Source: an uncultured bacterium (GTDB lineage: Bacteria > Eisenbacteria > RBG-16-71-46 > CAIMUX01 > WJJG01). From it: a stretch of DNA of 64,000 nucleotides. Made by a program: the position numbers and the translations under genes. Positions within the stretch are counted from its first letter, which is position 1; each line of letters starts with the position of its first letter. Under the pieces are notes generated by a model. The model was not told where the DNA came from. It searched no databases and saw only the letters and a list, made by a program, of their open reading frames with translations. Below are positions 1-9,860 of the stretch, one piece after another. Location: positions 83,126 to 147,125 of the forward strand of contig CAYZWI010000003.1 in assembly GCA_964482205.1 (NCBI GenBank). Reading direction: 5' to 3'.

Positions 1-211
1 GAGTATACAGGAACGAACGCTTCCCGCTCCAGGCCACCGGAAGGCTCGGCCGCGCAGGCGCGCCTCCTGGTTCTTTTCCACGCGAGACGCCGATTCGTCC
101 GATCTCTTGTGCTAAGATGCGCCCCTGCCGCGATCGGTTACGGCTGAGAAGCGGCGGCTCCTCGACGGGGCCGCGGCGCGTGGCCGTTCCCCATCCGGCA
201 GGCAGTCACGC

Positions 212-1981
212 ATGCTCATCGGCCTCGAGCGCACGGAGGACGCCATTCGCCGTCTGGCATTTCTGATCCCCTATCTGCGCCCCTATCGGAGTGCGCTGCT
301 CATCGGCGTCGGCGCGATGCTGCTGGCGACGGGGTTCTCGCGCCTGACGCCGTGGATCTTGAAGATCGCGATCGATGAGCTCGAAGCGGGCGCCACCGCC
401 GCGCGCATCGCCACCCTCGGCGGCGCGATGATCGCCGCGGCGGCGGTCGGCGCGCTCTTCCTCTATGTGCAGCGCTGGCTGCTGATCGGCACCTCGCGGC
501 GGGTCGAGTACGATTTGCGCCGCGATCTCTTCTCCCATCTCCAGGGCCTCGATGTCCCCTACTTCACCAGCCGTCACACCGGCGACTTGATGGCCCACTT
601 CACCAACGACTTGAGCGCGCTGCGCGATGTTGCGGGCCCCGGGATCATGTACATGGCGACGATGACTACCACCCTCGCCGTTTCCATTTCGCTGATGGCC
701 GCGATCGACCCGATGCTCACGCTGCTTTCGTTCGCCCCTTACCCGCTCGTCTCCATCGCCGCCTTCTTCTTCGGCCGCTCGATGTACCATCGCTCGCGCC
801 GCGTGCAGGATTTGTTCGGATCGATCTCTTCGCGCGCCCAGGAGGATCTCGCCGGGACGCGCATCATCCGCGCGTACGGGCAGGAGGAACCGCGCGCCCA
901 ACATTTCCATGCGCTCAATGTCGCCTATCAAGAGGCGAACCTCGCGGTCGCCCGCTTGCGCGGCTCCTTCTTCGCGGCGATGAGCCTCCTCGCGGGCAGC
1001 GGACTCGTGATCGCGCTCGTCGTGGGCGGCCGGCGGGTCATCGCGGGCACCTTGAGCCTCGGTTCGCTCGTCGCGCTGTCGGCGTATCTCGTCGAGCTCC
1101 TCTGGCCCGTGATGGCGATCGGTTGGGTGATTGCGATGATCCAGCGCGGGGCGAGCGCCGCCGCGCGCCTCGAAGCCGTTCGCAGCGCGCAGGCGACGAT
1201 CATCTCCGGGCCGCGCCGCGAGAAACCCGCTCCCCGCCTGGCGTTTGAGCGCGTGTCGCTGCGCTATCCCGGCGCGAGTCACGATGCGCTGAGCGATCTC
1301 TCCTTCGAGCTTCTCCCCGGGGGATCGTTGGGGATCGTGGGCCGCACGGGTTCCGGCAAGAGCACCATCCTGCGGCTCATTCTGCGCTTCTACGAACCGA
1401 CTTCCGGTCGCATTCTCATCGACGGCGCCGATCTGCGCGAACGCGATCTCGTCTCGCTGCGCGCTTCCATCGGCTATGCCCCGCAGGATGCGTTTCTCTT
1501 CTCGCGCACGATCGCCGAGAATCTCGCCTTCGGTTGTCCGGATGCGCCGCGCGAGTCCATCGAGCGCGTGAGCCGGCAAGTGGGCTTCGCGGAAGAATCC
1601 GCGACCTTCCCGCGCGGACTCGACACCATGGTCGGCGAACGCGGCATCACGCTTTCCGGAGGCCAGCGCCAGCGCGTCTCGCTGGGGCGCGCGCTGCTGG
1701 TCGAACCCGACCTCCTGCTCCTCGACGACACGCTCTCCCATGTGGACGCGGAGACGGAGACGCGCGTGCTGGCCGAACTCAGCGGCCTGATGCGGGGGCG
1801 CACCGCGATCATCGTCTCCCACCGCATCTCCGCCGTGCGCCACTGCGATCAGATCCTCGTCCTCGACGAAGGGCGCGTGATCGAGCGAGGCGCGCACGCG
1901 GAACTGGTCGCCTTGGGCGGGCTATACGCGCGCATTCTCGAGCGCCAGCAGATCACGGCGGAACTGGAGGAGCTCGCATGA
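212..1981 (+). CDS. ABC transporter, fused permease/ATP-binding subunit (type I exporter half-transporter, MsbA/multidrug-exporter-like)
   Basis: 589 aa with six N-terminal TM helices. The C-terminal NBD has a Walker A motif (GRTGSGKST), the ABC signature LSGGQRQRVSLGRAL and a Walker B motif (LLLLDD). The ATG at 212 is the first codon of the ORF. Confidence 0.85.
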   Translation: MLIGLERTEDAIRRLAFLIPYLRPYRSALLIGVGAMLLATGFSRLTPWILKIAIDELEAGATAARIATLGGAMIAAAAVGALFLYVQRWLLIGTSRRVEYDLRRDLFSHLQGLDVPYFTSRHTGDLMAHFTNDLSALRDVAGPGIMYMATMTTTLAVSISLMAAIDPMLTLLSFAPYPLVSIAAFFFGRSMYHRSRRVQDLFGSISSRAQEDLAGTRIIRAYGQEEPRAQHFHALNVAYQEANLAVARLRGSFFAAMSLLAGSGLVIALVVGGRRVIAGTLSLGSLVALSAYLVELLWPVMAIGWVIAMIQRGASAAARLEAVRSAQATIISGPRREKPAPRLAFERVSLRYPGASHDALSDLSFELLPGGSLGIVGRTGSGKSTILRLILRFYEPTSGRILIDGADLRERDLVSLRASIGYAPQDAFLFSRTIAENLAFGCPDAPRESIERVSRQVGFAEESATFPRGLDTMVGERGITLSGGQRQRVSLGRALLVEPDLLLLDDTLSHVDAETETRVLAELSGLMRGRTAIIVSHRISAVRHCDQILVLDEGRVIERGAHAELVALGGLYARILERQQITAELEELA

Positions 1982-3825
1982 GCGTGCCGGGCGGGCGCAT
2001 AGGCGGAATGGGCGGGCGCTTGAGCGGTAGCTCGGGCGCGGTGGAGAGCGAGCGCTCCCCAGGCGAGGATCGCGCGGGCCGCATCTACGATCACCGCCTG
2101 ATGAGGCGCCTGCTCGGCTATCTCCGCCCTTCGCTGCGCCTGATCCTCCTCTCGGCGGCGCTGCTCGTGCTCGGCTCGCTTGCCGCGCTGGCGGGCCCTT
2201 ACATCACGCGGATTGCCATCGACCATTACATCGCCCGCGGAGATTTCCCCGGGCTGCTGCGCATCTCGCTTCTCTGGCTCGGCCTGCTCATCGTCGCGGG
2301 TCTCCTGCAATACGCGCAGACGGTCGCCACGAATACGATCGGCCAGCAGTCGATGCGCCGGCTCCGCGACCAGCTCTACCGGCATCTGCAACGCCTGCCG
2401 CTCTCCTTCTACGACCGCAACCCGGTCGGGCGCCTGATGACCCGGGTGACGAACGATGTCGAAGTGTTGAATCAGCTCTTCAGCCAGGGAGTCGTGACCC
2501 TGATCGGCGATTCGGTCACGCTGATCGGCATCATGGCCGTCATGGTCGCGATGAACGCGCGCCTGGCGCTGGTCGCCTTCGCCGTCATGCCGCTGCTCTT
2601 CTGGTTCAGCGTTCGCTTTCGCAACGCGGTGCGCTCGTCGTTTCGGGACATCCGCCTGGCGGTGGCGCGCATCAATGCGTATCTGCAGGAGGCGTTGAGC
2701 GGCATCGCGATCATCAAGGCCTTTCGCCAGGAGAAGCGCGGCGAGCGCGAGTTCGACCGCCTCAATCGCGACCACACCGACGCCTACTTGCGATCGGTGC
2801 GCGCCTTTTCGCTCTACTTTCCCCTGGTGGAACTGACCCAAGCGGTCGCGATCGCGCTGATCCTCTGGTATGGCGGAGTGCGCTTCGTCGGCGACGGCCT
2901 GACCATCGGCGCGCTGGTCGCCTTCACCCAGTATGTGAGCCGCTTCTTCCGCCCGATCCGCGATCTCGCCGAGCAGTTCAATCTTCTCCAGGACACGATG
3001 GCCTCCTCCGAACGCATCTTCGCCCTGCTCGACCGTCCCGCGGAGGAGGAGCCGGTCCCCGAACTCGCGGCGGCGGCCGAGCGCGCGTTCGATCCGCGCG
3101 CGACCATTCGTTTTGAAGATGTGAGCTTCTCGTACGACGGGGCAACTCCGGTCTTGAACGAGCTCAGTTGCGAGATCCCGGCCGGGAAGACGACCGCGAT
3201 CGTGGGCGCGACCGGATCGGGCAAGACCACGCTCGTGCACCTGCTGATGCGCTTCTACGAATCGACCTCCGGGCGCATCTCGATCGGGAATGTGGACATT
3301 CGCTCTCTTCCGCGCCGCCGCTTGCGTGAACGCATGGCGATCGTCGAGCAGGATGTCTTCCTCTTCTCGGGAACGATTCGAGAGAACCTGCTGCTGGCGG
3401 AGCCCGAAGCGCAGCTCGCTTCGGCTCTCGCGGTGAGCCATGCGGACACATTCGTGCGCCGCTTGCCGGGCGGCTTGGATCACATCGTCACCGAGCGCGG
3501 GGGTAGCTTCTCGGGCGGCGAGCGCCAGTTGCTCGCCTTCGCGCGCGCGCTCGCCTTCGATCCCGACATCCTGATCCTGGACGAGGCGACGGCCAGCGTC
3601 GACAGCGAGACCGAACGCTTGATCCAGGACGCGCTGCGCTCGCTGCTGCGCGGACGGACGGCGATCGTGATCGCGCACCGTCTTTCGACCATCCAACGCG
3701 CGGATCAGATCCTCGTCATGCACCACGGACGCATCGCGGAACGCGGAACGCACGAAGAGCTGCTGGCCCGGGGAGAAATCTACGCCCGCCTGCATCACCT
3801 CCAGTTCGGTAGCGCGTCCGCCTGA
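1978..3825 (+). CDS. ABC transporter, fused permease/ATP-binding subunit (probable heterodimer partner of the upstream gene)
   Basis: The ATG at 1978 overlaps the stop of the upstream ABC gene as ATGA. The product has a TMD (ISLLWLGLLIVAGLLQY...), Walker A (GATGSGKTT), the signature FSGGERQLLAFARAL and Walker B (ILILDE). The listed ORF 1534-3825 has an Arg-rich 5' extension that I reject. Confidence 0.85.
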   Translation: MSVPGGRIGGMGGRLSGSSGAVESERSPGEDRAGRIYDHRLMRRLLGYLRPSLRLILLSAALLVLGSLAALAGPYITRIAIDHYIARGDFPGLLRISLLWLGLLIVAGLLQYAQTVATNTIGQQSMRRLRDQLYRHLQRLPLSFYDRNPVGRLMTRVTNDVEVLNQLFSQGVVTLIGDSVTLIGIMAVMVAMNARLALVAFAVMPLLFWFSVRFRNAVRSSFRDIRLAVARINAYLQEALSGIAIIKAFRQEKRGEREFDRLNRDHTDAYLRSVRAFSLYFPLVELTQAVAIALILWYGGVRFVGDGLTIGALVAFTQYVSRFFRPIRDLAEQFNLLQDTMASSERIFALLDRPAEEEPVPELAAAAERAFDPRATIRFEDVSFSYDGATPVLNELSCEIPAGKTTAIVGATGSGKTTLVHLLMRFYESTSGRISIGNVDIRSLPRRRLRERMAIVEQDVFLFSGTIRENLLLAEPEAQLASALAVSHADTFVRRLPGGLDHIVTERGGSFSGGERQLLAFARALAFDPDILILDEATASVDSETERLIQDALRSLLRGRTAIVIAHRLSTIQRADQILVMHHGRIAERGTHEELLARGEIYARLHHLQFGSASA

Positions 3826-3914
3826 GCGCGGGCGCTGCGCCTGCGGCCCTCCAAGGATCGGCAGCCCCCCAATGCCCTTGCCGCCCGCGGGGACGGCGCG
3901 CTACACTGCCGCGC

Positions 3915-5339
3915 ATGCGCAAAAAGAACAGCTCTTCTTCCGGCCGCCGGCTGATCGGGCTCGCGGTTCTCGCCGTGCCGATCGCGGCATTTCTCGTCTA
4001 TTGGCTGGCCTTTCATCATCCCAAGCAGCCGAACATCGTTCTCATCACGCTCGAATCGGTTCGCGCCGATCATCTCGGCTGCTATGGATACGACAAGCCG
4101 ACCAGCCCGGCGCTGGATGCCTTGGCGAAAGAAGGCGTGATCTACGAAAACGCGCAAGCGGTCACGAGTTGGACGCTGACCGCGCATGCCAGCATCTTCA
4201 CCGGGCTCTACCCGGACGCGCATCAGGTGACCGGCCCCTTCAGCCGACTGGACGACAAGTACACGACCATCACCGAGGCGCTCGCGAACGCCGGCTACTA
4301 CTGCGCGGGAGTGATCAGCGGCCCGTACCTCAGCCGGGCTCACAACGTGCCGCAGGGGTTCCAGCACTTCAACGAGAACCCCTCGGCGGAGAGCCAATCA
4401 CTGAGCCACTCCAAGGTGACCGGCCGGGAGATGGAGGCGGGCCTGCGGCATGTCATCAATGTGCTTCGCGATCGCAAGAAGCCGATGTTCCTCTTCGCCT
4501 ACTTCTGGGATCCGCACTACGACTACATTCCCCCGGCCCCGTATGACCGCATGTTCGTGACGCCCGACTGCCAGCCGATCGACGTCCGCAAGTACGAATC
4601 CTCCGGACGCATTCACCCCGGCATGGCGCCGGGCGAGCTGGCCTATGTGAAGTCGCAGTATGACGGCGAAATCCGTTGGACCGACGAGCATTTGGAGCGC
4701 GTGTTCGACGCCTTGAAAGCCCAGCACATGTGGGACAACACCGCGATCATCGTCCTGTCCGATCACGGAGAGGAGTTCTTCGAGCACGGGGAGAAGGGCC
4801 ACAAGAAAAATCTCTATACCGAGAGCGTGCAGATTCCTTTGATCATCAAGTATCCGAAGGGTGTGGGCGTGGGAAGAGACGCGCGGCTCGCGAGCCAGGT
4901 GGACATCTTCCCCACGATCCTCGAGCTCGCGCACGCGGAGAGCGACCAGCCCAACCAGGGCCTTTCTCTGCTCGGTCCCGTGCCGCCCGGTTCTCGGACC
5001 GCCTATATGGAGCTTCTGACGGCGAACTTCTTCCCCAAGCGTGGCGGAGGGTTCGAAGCTCGCGAGATCAAGAACTGGTACGGCACCCGCCAGGGCGATT
5101 ACCAGTTGATCGTTCAGGCGGAAGCAGAACGCCGCGAGCTCTACAACATGCGCGCCGATCCGGGCCAACGAACGAACATCTTCGGCCAGGAAGGCACGCC
5201 CAGCAACACGCTCATCTCGCTCCTCCAGCAAGCGACGGAACAGAACCTGGCGATCGCGAAGGTCTATGGGATTTCGACGGAGGCGAAGCTGGACGAGTCG
5301 GCGCTGGAGAACCTGCGGTCCTTGGGATACATCCAGTAG
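3915..5339 (+). CDS. Sulfatase-like hydrolase/transferase (alkaline-phosphatase superfamily), N-terminally membrane anchored
   Basis: An N-terminal TM anchor is followed by a sulfatase-fold N-terminus (IVLITLESVRADHLGCYGYD...TPALDALAKEGV). The C-X-P-X-R formylglycine motif is absent (TSWTLTAHASIFTG), so this resembles the Thr/Ser-nucleophile transferase subgroup (LtaS/EptA-like). Confidence 0.7.
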   Translation: MRKKNSSSSGRRLIGLAVLAVPIAAFLVYWLAFHHPKQPNIVLITLESVRADHLGCYGYDKPTSPALDALAKEGVIYENAQAVTSWTLTAHASIFTGLYPDAHQVTGPFSRLDDKYTTITEALANAGYYCAGVISGPYLSRAHNVPQGFQHFNENPSAESQSLSHSKVTGREMEAGLRHVINVLRDRKKPMFLFAYFWDPHYDYIPPAPYDRMFVTPDCQPIDVRKYESSGRIHPGMAPGELAYVKSQYDGEIRWTDEHLERVFDALKAQHMWDNTAIIVLSDHGEEFFEHGEKGHKKNLYTESVQIPLIIKYPKGVGVGRDARLASQVDIFPTILELAHAESDQPNQGLSLLGPVPPGSRTAYMELLTANFFPKRGGGFEAREIKNWYGTRQGDYQLIVQAEAERRELYNMRADPGQRTNIFGQEGTPSNTLISLLQQATEQNLAIAKVYGISTEAKLDESALENLRSLGYIQ

Positions 5340-5387
5340 GTTGTGGGTCGAAGACTCGGGCTGGCTGCCTCCACCAGCCAATACCCA

Positions 5388-6104
5388 TCAATCGAGCAAG
5401 TCGACCTTGCCGCAATCGAGTTCGTAGTAGGCGGCTTGGACGCGCAAGCTCCCTTGCGCCACTCGCTCCCGAATCACACGCGATTCGACCGGCAGCGCTT
5501 CGGCCGTCAAGCGCGCGTGCAACTGCGCGACTCGATTGTGGGCGACCCGTCGAGGCACTGATTCCGCGGGGTCGAGCGTTTCCTGCACGGCTTGTTCCGC
5601 GGCTCGTTGCGCCTTTTCTTCCCCCGTTCTCCTCGCCTCTTCCAGCACCCAGCCGATCGCGGGCGCGATCGCCCGAGCGAGATGGGAGAGATGGCCGGGC
5701 AGGACATCGGAGCGCTCCAGGGCCGCGTGCACCGCGCCGCACTCCGCATGTCCGAGGACGATGATGAGCGGGACGTGCAAGTGCAGGACGGCATACTCCA
5801 GGCTTGCGATCCCCTGCTCTCCAAGCACATGGCCCGCGGTCCGCACGACGAAGAGATCGCCCAAGCCGCGATCGAACAGGATCTCGGGCGAGACGCGGGA
5901 ATCGGAGCAGGATGCTACGGCCGCAAAGGGCCGCTGCGCCGCAAGAAGGCTTCTCCGCCAGCCGACGCTGGCATGCGGATGCTGCAGCGCGCCTTGGACG
6001 AAGCGCTCGTTGCCTTCCATCAAGAGCGCGAGCGCCCCCTCGGGATCCACGCGGTCCGTCTGCTCGACATTCGATTCTTCCATCGATCGCATCTCCTCGA
6101 TCAT
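5388..6104 (-). CDS. Beta-class carbonic anhydrase
   Basis: Beta-CA zinc-ligand motifs CSDSR and HxxCG (HAECGAV) are present. The length (238 aa) is typical for the family. Confidence 0.8.
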   Translation of the reverse strand: MIEEMRSMEESNVEQTDRVDPEGALALLMEGNERFVQGALQHPHASVGWRRSLLAAQRPFAAVASCSDSRVSPEILFDRGLGDLFVVRTAGHVLGEQGIASLEYAVLHLHVPLIIVLGHAECGAVHAALERSDVLPGHLSHLARAIAPAIGWVLEEARRTGEEKAQRAAEQAVQETLDPAESVPRRVAHNRVAQLHARLTAEALPVESRVIRERVAQGSLRVQAAYYELDCGKVDLLD

Positions 6105-6286
6105 TCATCGGCATTGCGCCCCGCAGGACGGCGCCGGGTCTGATCCGTCGTCTTCACCTGGATGGTACGATGCGGATTCGAAATCGTGAAGTCTTTTGGC
6201 GCACGCCCGCGCGCACTCTCCCGCATCGCTTGGCCGCGCGCCGCGCGCCTCTTTTCCCCCATCGCCTCGTGTGCCATCATGCAAGC

Positions 6287-7516
6287 ATGCATCGCGAGCC
6301 GCCCAGAGTCGTCTCCTGTGCGCAGCCTGCCCTCCCCTGGCAGCGCGCCATCGCGCATGTCGACATGGATGCCTTCTACGCCTCCATCGAAATCCGCGAC
6401 GATCCAAGCCTGGCGGGCAAGCCCGTCGTCGTGGGCGCGGCGACTTCCGAACGCGGCGTGGTGAGCGCGGCGTCCTACGAAGCGCGCAAGTACGGCATCC
6501 ATTCGGCCATGCCCATGGCGCAGGCCGAGCGCCGCTGCCCGCAGCTCGTGCGCTTGCCGGTCGATTTCGTGAAGTACCGCGGAGTGTCGCATCAGATCAT
6601 GGAAGTCATGCGCTCCTTTTCTCCGCTCGTGGAGCCGCTCTCCCTCGACGAGGCCTTCCTCGACCTGACGGGCACGGAGCGTTCGCTCGGCCCTCCGCCG
6701 GAACTGGGCCGGCGGATCAAAGACGGGATTCGCGAGGCGACGCGACTGACGGCCTCGGTTGGGATTGCGCCGGTGAAGTTCGTCGCCAAGATCGCCTCCG
6801 ACTTCCAGAAGCCCGACGGTCTCGTGATCGTGCGGCCCGGCGAGGTGGAGAGCTTCCTGCGGCCGCTTCCGCTCGGCCGTCTCTGGGGAGTGGGCCCGAA
6901 GACGCGGGCCGCCCTGGAGGAGATCGGCTTGCGCACCGTCGGCGATCTCGCCGCTTGCGATGCACAGCTGCTCAGCGCGCGCTTTGGCCAGCATGGCGAG
7001 CATCTGCACGAGCTCGCCAGAGGAATCGACGAGCGCGAGGTCGTCCCCGACTGGGATGCGAAATCGTACAGCCACGAGGAGACCTTCGCGCGCGATGTCA
7101 GCGATCCCGATCGTCTCGAGGAAGTGCTGCTCGATCAGGCGCATCGCGTGGCGCGGCGCTTGCGCCGGGACGGCGTCACGGCAAGAACCGTGCAGATCAA
7201 GGTTCGCTATCACGATTTCCGCACCATCACGCGCCAAGTCACCCTGCGGAGCTTGACCGCCGACGGCGGCGAGATCTACGAAGCCGCGCTCGCGCTCTTC
7301 CGGCGGGCGTGGAACCGCAAGGCGCTGCGGCTGCTCGGCGCCGGCGTGTCGGGGGTCGATCCCTGCGCGGCGGAAACGCTCGATCTCTTCGCGCCCGAGG
7401 AGGAATGCGCGCGACGCAAGCGCCTCGCGGAGACGATCGATCGCCTGGAGGATCGCTTCGGAGAAGGGAAGATCCGGCCCGCTCGACTCCTGCATCGCGA
7501 CCGGCGTGGGGACTGA
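6287..7516 (+). CDS. dinB: DNA polymerase IV (Y-family translesion polymerase)
   Basis: Y-family motifs are present: IAHVDMDAFYASIE, SYEARKYGIHSAMP, LSLDEAFLDLTG and GIAPVKFVAKIASD. The listed ORF begins at a TTG at 5804 with an Arg-rich extension that runs antisense through the carbonic anhydrase gene. The first ATG (MHREPP) is at 6287. Confidence 0.85.
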   Translation: MHREPPRVVSCAQPALPWQRAIAHVDMDAFYASIEIRDDPSLAGKPVVVGAATSERGVVSAASYEARKYGIHSAMPMAQAERRCPQLVRLPVDFVKYRGVSHQIMEVMRSFSPLVEPLSLDEAFLDLTGTERSLGPPPELGRRIKDGIREATRLTASVGIAPVKFVAKIASDFQKPDGLVIVRPGEVESFLRPLPLGRLWGVGPKTRAALEEIGLRTVGDLAACDAQLLSARFGQHGEHLHELARGIDEREVVPDWDAKSYSHEETFARDVSDPDRLEEVLLDQAHRVARRLRRDGVTARTVQIKVRYHDFRTITRQVTLRSLTADGGEIYEAALALFRRAWNRKALRLLGAGVSGVDPCAAETLDLFAPEEECARRKRLAETIDRLEDRFGEGKIRPARLLHRDRRGD

Positions 7517-7591
7517 CCGCGCGGCACCGTTCGTGCGCGCAAATGCGATCGCCCCTGCCGTGCGCATCACGCGTGCGCGCGAATGCCGGCG

Positions 7592-8602
7592 CTAACGCAT
7601 GCTCTCCGCGTAACGATGTCCGATCGCGTCGGCGTACCCGATCACACCGCTGACATAGGTGTCGATCGGGTTGTAGGCGTGAATGCCTTTCTTGCGCAGC
7701 TCGACGCTTTCCGCATACCCATGTTCGTGCAGGTAGCGCGCCACGCTCAAGATCGCATCCGGCCAGCTGTTCAGGTCAACCCGCCCGTCTCCATCTCCAT
7801 CCGCCGCGTAGACGAGCGAGCTCGGCAGAAACTGCGTGTATCCGATCGCGCCGCCCCAGGAGCCGACCTGCGTCAGCGGATCCGTCCCCTGTTGCTTGGC
7901 GTGGCGCAGGAGGGAGGCGAGGTTCTCGGCCGCGCGCCTGCGAATGCGGTCGAGCCGCTCCCGTTCCTTTCCCTGCGCCGCACCCGGCGGCTCCGTTCCC
8001 CGCGCGGTCTTGCGCACGGCCACATCGCGCGCGTGCTCGAGATAGAGAATCTGGCCCATGAAGATGTTGAAGACGAAGTAGTCGCCCGCCACATTTCCGA
8101 GCCCCGACTCCCACATCAGAATCGAGACGATGTCCTTGGGGGCGACTCCGTACTCGGCTTCCGCGCGATCGAGCAGCAGCTTCTGTTCGCGCAGGAACCG
8201 CACGCCCGCCTGCAAGGGCTCGTCGCGCATCAGCGCTTTCGCGTACTTGAACTGCTCTTTCTTCTGGAGCTCCACGCTGCTCGGCGTCGCGTACTTGATC
8301 AACTGCTGCACATACACGACCGGATCGCCGCGCCGGATGCATTCCTGCAATTCCTCGAGCGAAACGGGCGCGCCCGGGCCGTTCTCGCGTTGCAGCGCGA
8401 GGACCAGCTCTTCCACAAAGGCATTCGCGGGCGTCTGCTCGGGGAAAACCGTCTCGAGAGAGATGCGCCAGTCCTTCGTATCCAGGCTCTCCTGCGCGTG
8501 ACTGACTCCCGATCCGAAGAAGAGACCCAGGAGCAGGCCCGCAAGGACCCACCTGCCTGCGCAGGATCCTGCCCGCATGCCAGGCCGAATCCACTTGCGC
8601 AT
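7592..8602 (-). CDS. Lytic murein transglycosylase, MltB family (SLT_2)
   Basis: Signal peptide MRKWIRPGMRAGSCAGRWVLAGLLLGLFFGSGVSHA. The catalytic Glu context is LMWESGLG and the family motif is GAIGYTQFLPSS. The 598-aa listed ORF has a spurious Arg-rich N-terminal extension. I start the gene at the Met encoded at 8602-8600. Confidence 0.75.
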   Translation of the reverse strand: MRKWIRPGMRAGSCAGRWVLAGLLLGLFFGSGVSHAQESLDTKDWRISLETVFPEQTPANAFVEELVLALQRENGPGAPVSLEELQECIRRGDPVVYVQQLIKYATPSSVELQKKEQFKYAKALMRDEPLQAGVRFLREQKLLLDRAEAEYGVAPKDIVSILMWESGLGNVAGDYFVFNIFMGQILYLEHARDVAVRKTARGTEPPGAAQGKERERLDRIRRRAAENLASLLRHAKQQGTDPLTQVGSWGGAIGYTQFLPSSLVYAADGDGDGRVDLNSWPDAILSVARYLHEHGYAESVELRKKGIHAYNPIDTYVSGVIGYADAIGHRYAESMR

Positions 8603-8933
8603 GCTGTCTCGTCGTGGCGATGACTTCACACTTCCTCCACCCGCACCAGATTCGTTTTTCTCCATAGCGCGCCCGCGCTCACGCCCCCGAGACGAGGGCG
8701 CGGCGGGCACGCGCCGGGATGGTAGCTCCGCATACGAAGCGGGCCAACCCTTCTTGGCGGCCGCGCGTGGCAGCCGCGCGAATGCAGCTCGCGGACCGCG
8801 CGCCGGCAAGACTCGACGGACGCTTGAGAATCGACGAGGCAATCCGCACAATGGGTCCCACATTCGGGCACGGACGGCGCGCGACCGTGATCGCGCGATC
8901 ACGCAAGCGGGCGCGAACAGCCTCGGAGGAACC

Positions 8934-9782
8934 ATGGATCTCGGATTGAAGGATCGAGTCGTCTTCATCACGGGCGCGTCGGGCGGGCTCGGGCGCGCGC
9001 TCGCGGAAGCCTTTCTCGCCGAAGGAAGCCTGCTCGCTCTGCAAGCGCACCGGCATCTCGACGAACTGCGCGCCTTCGCCGCCGAACGCCTGCCCTCCGA
9101 TCGCACGCTGGTCTTGAGAGCCGATGTCTCGCAGCCCGAGCAGGTGCAGAGCGCATTCGCCGAGGCGGTGGGACATTTCGGACGGGTGGACATCTGCATC
9201 GTGAACGCGGGCATCTGGTGGGAAGAGTCATTGCGTCTCGACGAGATGACCATCGATCGCATCCGCCACACCGTGAATGTCGATCTGCTCGGCGCGATCT
9301 GGACCGTGCGCGCCTTTCTGCGGGCGCTCGCCTCAGGACCGCCGCGCGATCCGCGCGCGGGCGCGAGCGCGACCTTCATCGGGTCCACTGCCGGCCGCTT
9401 TGGCGAACGGGGCCACAGCGACTATTCGGCCAGCAAAGCGGCGCTCTACGGTCTGGTGCGCTCGTTGAAGAACGAGATCGTCAGCATCGATCCCTACGCG
9501 CGCGTGAACATGATCGAGCCGGGCTGGACACTCACGCCGATGACGCGCGAGACGCTGCGCGTGGCGAGCGCGGTGAAGCGCATCGTGCGCACCATGCCGC
9601 TGCAGCAGATCGCGCGCCCCGAGGACATCGCCCGCGCGGCGCTCTTCCTCTCCTCCCCGCTCGCCGCCCGGCATGTAAGCGGCGAGATCCTCACCATTGC
9701 GGGAGGCATGGAGGGGCGCATACAGTGGGAGCCGGATCAAATCGATGTCGACGCGATCGAACGCCGCATGCAGGCCGATTGA
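8934..9782 (+). CDS. Short-chain dehydrogenase/reductase (SDR) family oxidoreductase
   Basis: Rossmann motif TGASGGLGRALA. Catalytic Tyr/Lys in YSASKAALYGL. The ATG is at 8934, in frame within the 401-aa listed ORF. Confidence 0.8.
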   Translation: MDLGLKDRVVFITGASGGLGRALAEAFLAEGSLLALQAHRHLDELRAFAAERLPSDRTLVLRADVSQPEQVQSAFAEAVGHFGRVDICIVNAGIWWEESLRLDEMTIDRIRHTVNVDLLGAIWTVRAFLRALASGPPRDPRAGASATFIGSTAGRFGERGHSDYSASKAALYGLVRSLKNEIVSIDPYARVNMIEPGWTLTPMTRETLRVASAVKRIVRTMPLQQIARPEDIARAALFLSSPLAARHVSGEILTIAGGMEGRIQWEPDQIDVDAIERRMQAD

Positions 9783-9860
9783 GCGGAGTTGACCGCGCCT
9801 GCAGGGGCTCCCCCCACCGTTAGGGGCGGACGGTCGCGCATCTTGCCGAAGGAGACGGCC

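Noticed and set aside
107-118. Extended -10-like TGCTAAGAT upstream of the first ABC transporter gene
   Set aside because: It matches TGnTATAAT loosely, but there is no convincing -35. It is too weak to call without transcript data.
206-3798. Long minus-strand ORFs (563 aa and 649 aa) antisense to the two ABC transporter genes
   Set aside because: Their translations are Arg/Ala/Gly/Asp-rich low-complexity sequences with no motifs. This is typical of antisense frames in high-GC DNA. The opposite strand encodes bona fide ABC exporters.
5804-6286. N-terminal 160-aa extension of the DinB ORF starting at a TTG
   Set aside because: The extension is Arg/Pro/Ser-rich and runs antisense through the carbonic anhydrase gene. 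The first ATG at 6287 gives a normal-length DinB beginning just before the conserved VDMDAFYAS motif.
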